This document shows positions 63,355 to 64,000 of a stretch of 64,000 nt of DNA, piece after piece (position 1 is the stretch's first letter; every line of letters starts with the position of its first letter). The stretch lies in assembly GCA_965153285.1 (NCBI GenBank), contig OZ229129.1; one strand, written 5' to 3'. A program made the translations under genes and the position numbers. The notes beneath the pieces are model-generated. The model ran no database searches and was not told the DNA's origin. It saw only the letters and a program-made list of their open reading frames with translations. This DNA is from Podarcis tiliguerta (lineage: Eukaryota).

Positions 63355-64000
63355 GCCTTGACTCTTCTTCTGACAGATCTTGCCATGCTCAATGTCTGTT
63401 CTTCACCAAGTGGTATTCAGATGCATTCATTAGCCGCAATCTTGCTCCTCCTCCATGCATTCAGTCAACCTTTGGGAAGATGGTTTGAAAAGACGTACTG
63501 GTGTTTTGCAAACAAGTGAATATCATTCTGTGCCCTTCTGCATTTGTGAGTTTGTACCGCTTCTCGTTTTCATCATCTACAACTGATCTTGATTATTTTT
63601 GTTGTGTAAGAGTTTTTTTTAAAGCAGGCTTTAGGGGTTTTTGCTATTTATATATTGATTCTAAATTGCTTGTATGTAATTGATTTAATTACGCATTACT
63701 TTGTTAGCACAGAACTGAAAAACAATATATGCATTCTGTAAGCATATTAGTACTGTAGTTACAAGTGAATTAAGTGCAGGCACAGGGTGGGCAGAGGAGT
63801 CAATAAAGTTTTTCACATGCCAGTGACTTTGTTAGACTAACTTGCAAGGGCAGGGCAGACAGTATTCTCCACATTTGAAGCACGGGATAAAACAGTCTGT
63901 AACAGACCAAGTTATGAGACCAGGTTAGCAAGAGCTTCTCTCTATCTCACTCTGCAAGTGGGAAAGCCCAGTCTAACTCACTTTACCTCCAGCTTGTCTC

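Larger units (their letters stand above)
50293..64000 (-). other. MTNR1C: MTNR1C intron 1 (partial, >13.7 kb; exon 1 outside the window)
   Basis: No TM1/ICL1 coding sequence (GNxLVILSV..RNKKLRNAG) was found upstream of exon 2; the region is TE-rich. Confidence 0.8.

Overview
This is repeat-rich vertebrate genomic DNA from a squamate, most likely a lacertid lizard (Podarcis/Lacerta-like). That call rests on seven Sauria SINEs, a BovB LINE, CR1/L2/L1 fragments and many hAT and Tc1/mariner MITEs. The only intact host coding sequence is the last coding exon (exon 2, TM2 to C-terminus) of the melatonin receptor Mel1c gene (MTNR1C, the non-mammalian orthologue of GPR50), on the minus strand at 49427-50292. 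I found no exon 1 in the window, so 50293-64000 is intron 1 and 1-49426 is 3'UTR plus downstream intergenic DNA. The intron holds the most unusual features. These are a spliced, 5'-only LIN28A retro-fragment with no poly(A) tail (61100-61246), sitting ~170 bp downstream of an intact solo LTR with octamer, CCAAT and TATA motifs; two more solo LTRs of that family; and several nested TE insertions with readable target-site duplications. Almost all other ORFs in the track are chance or TE-derived frames. Family names come from recognising the sequence by eye, with no database search, and boundaries without TSDs are approximate.
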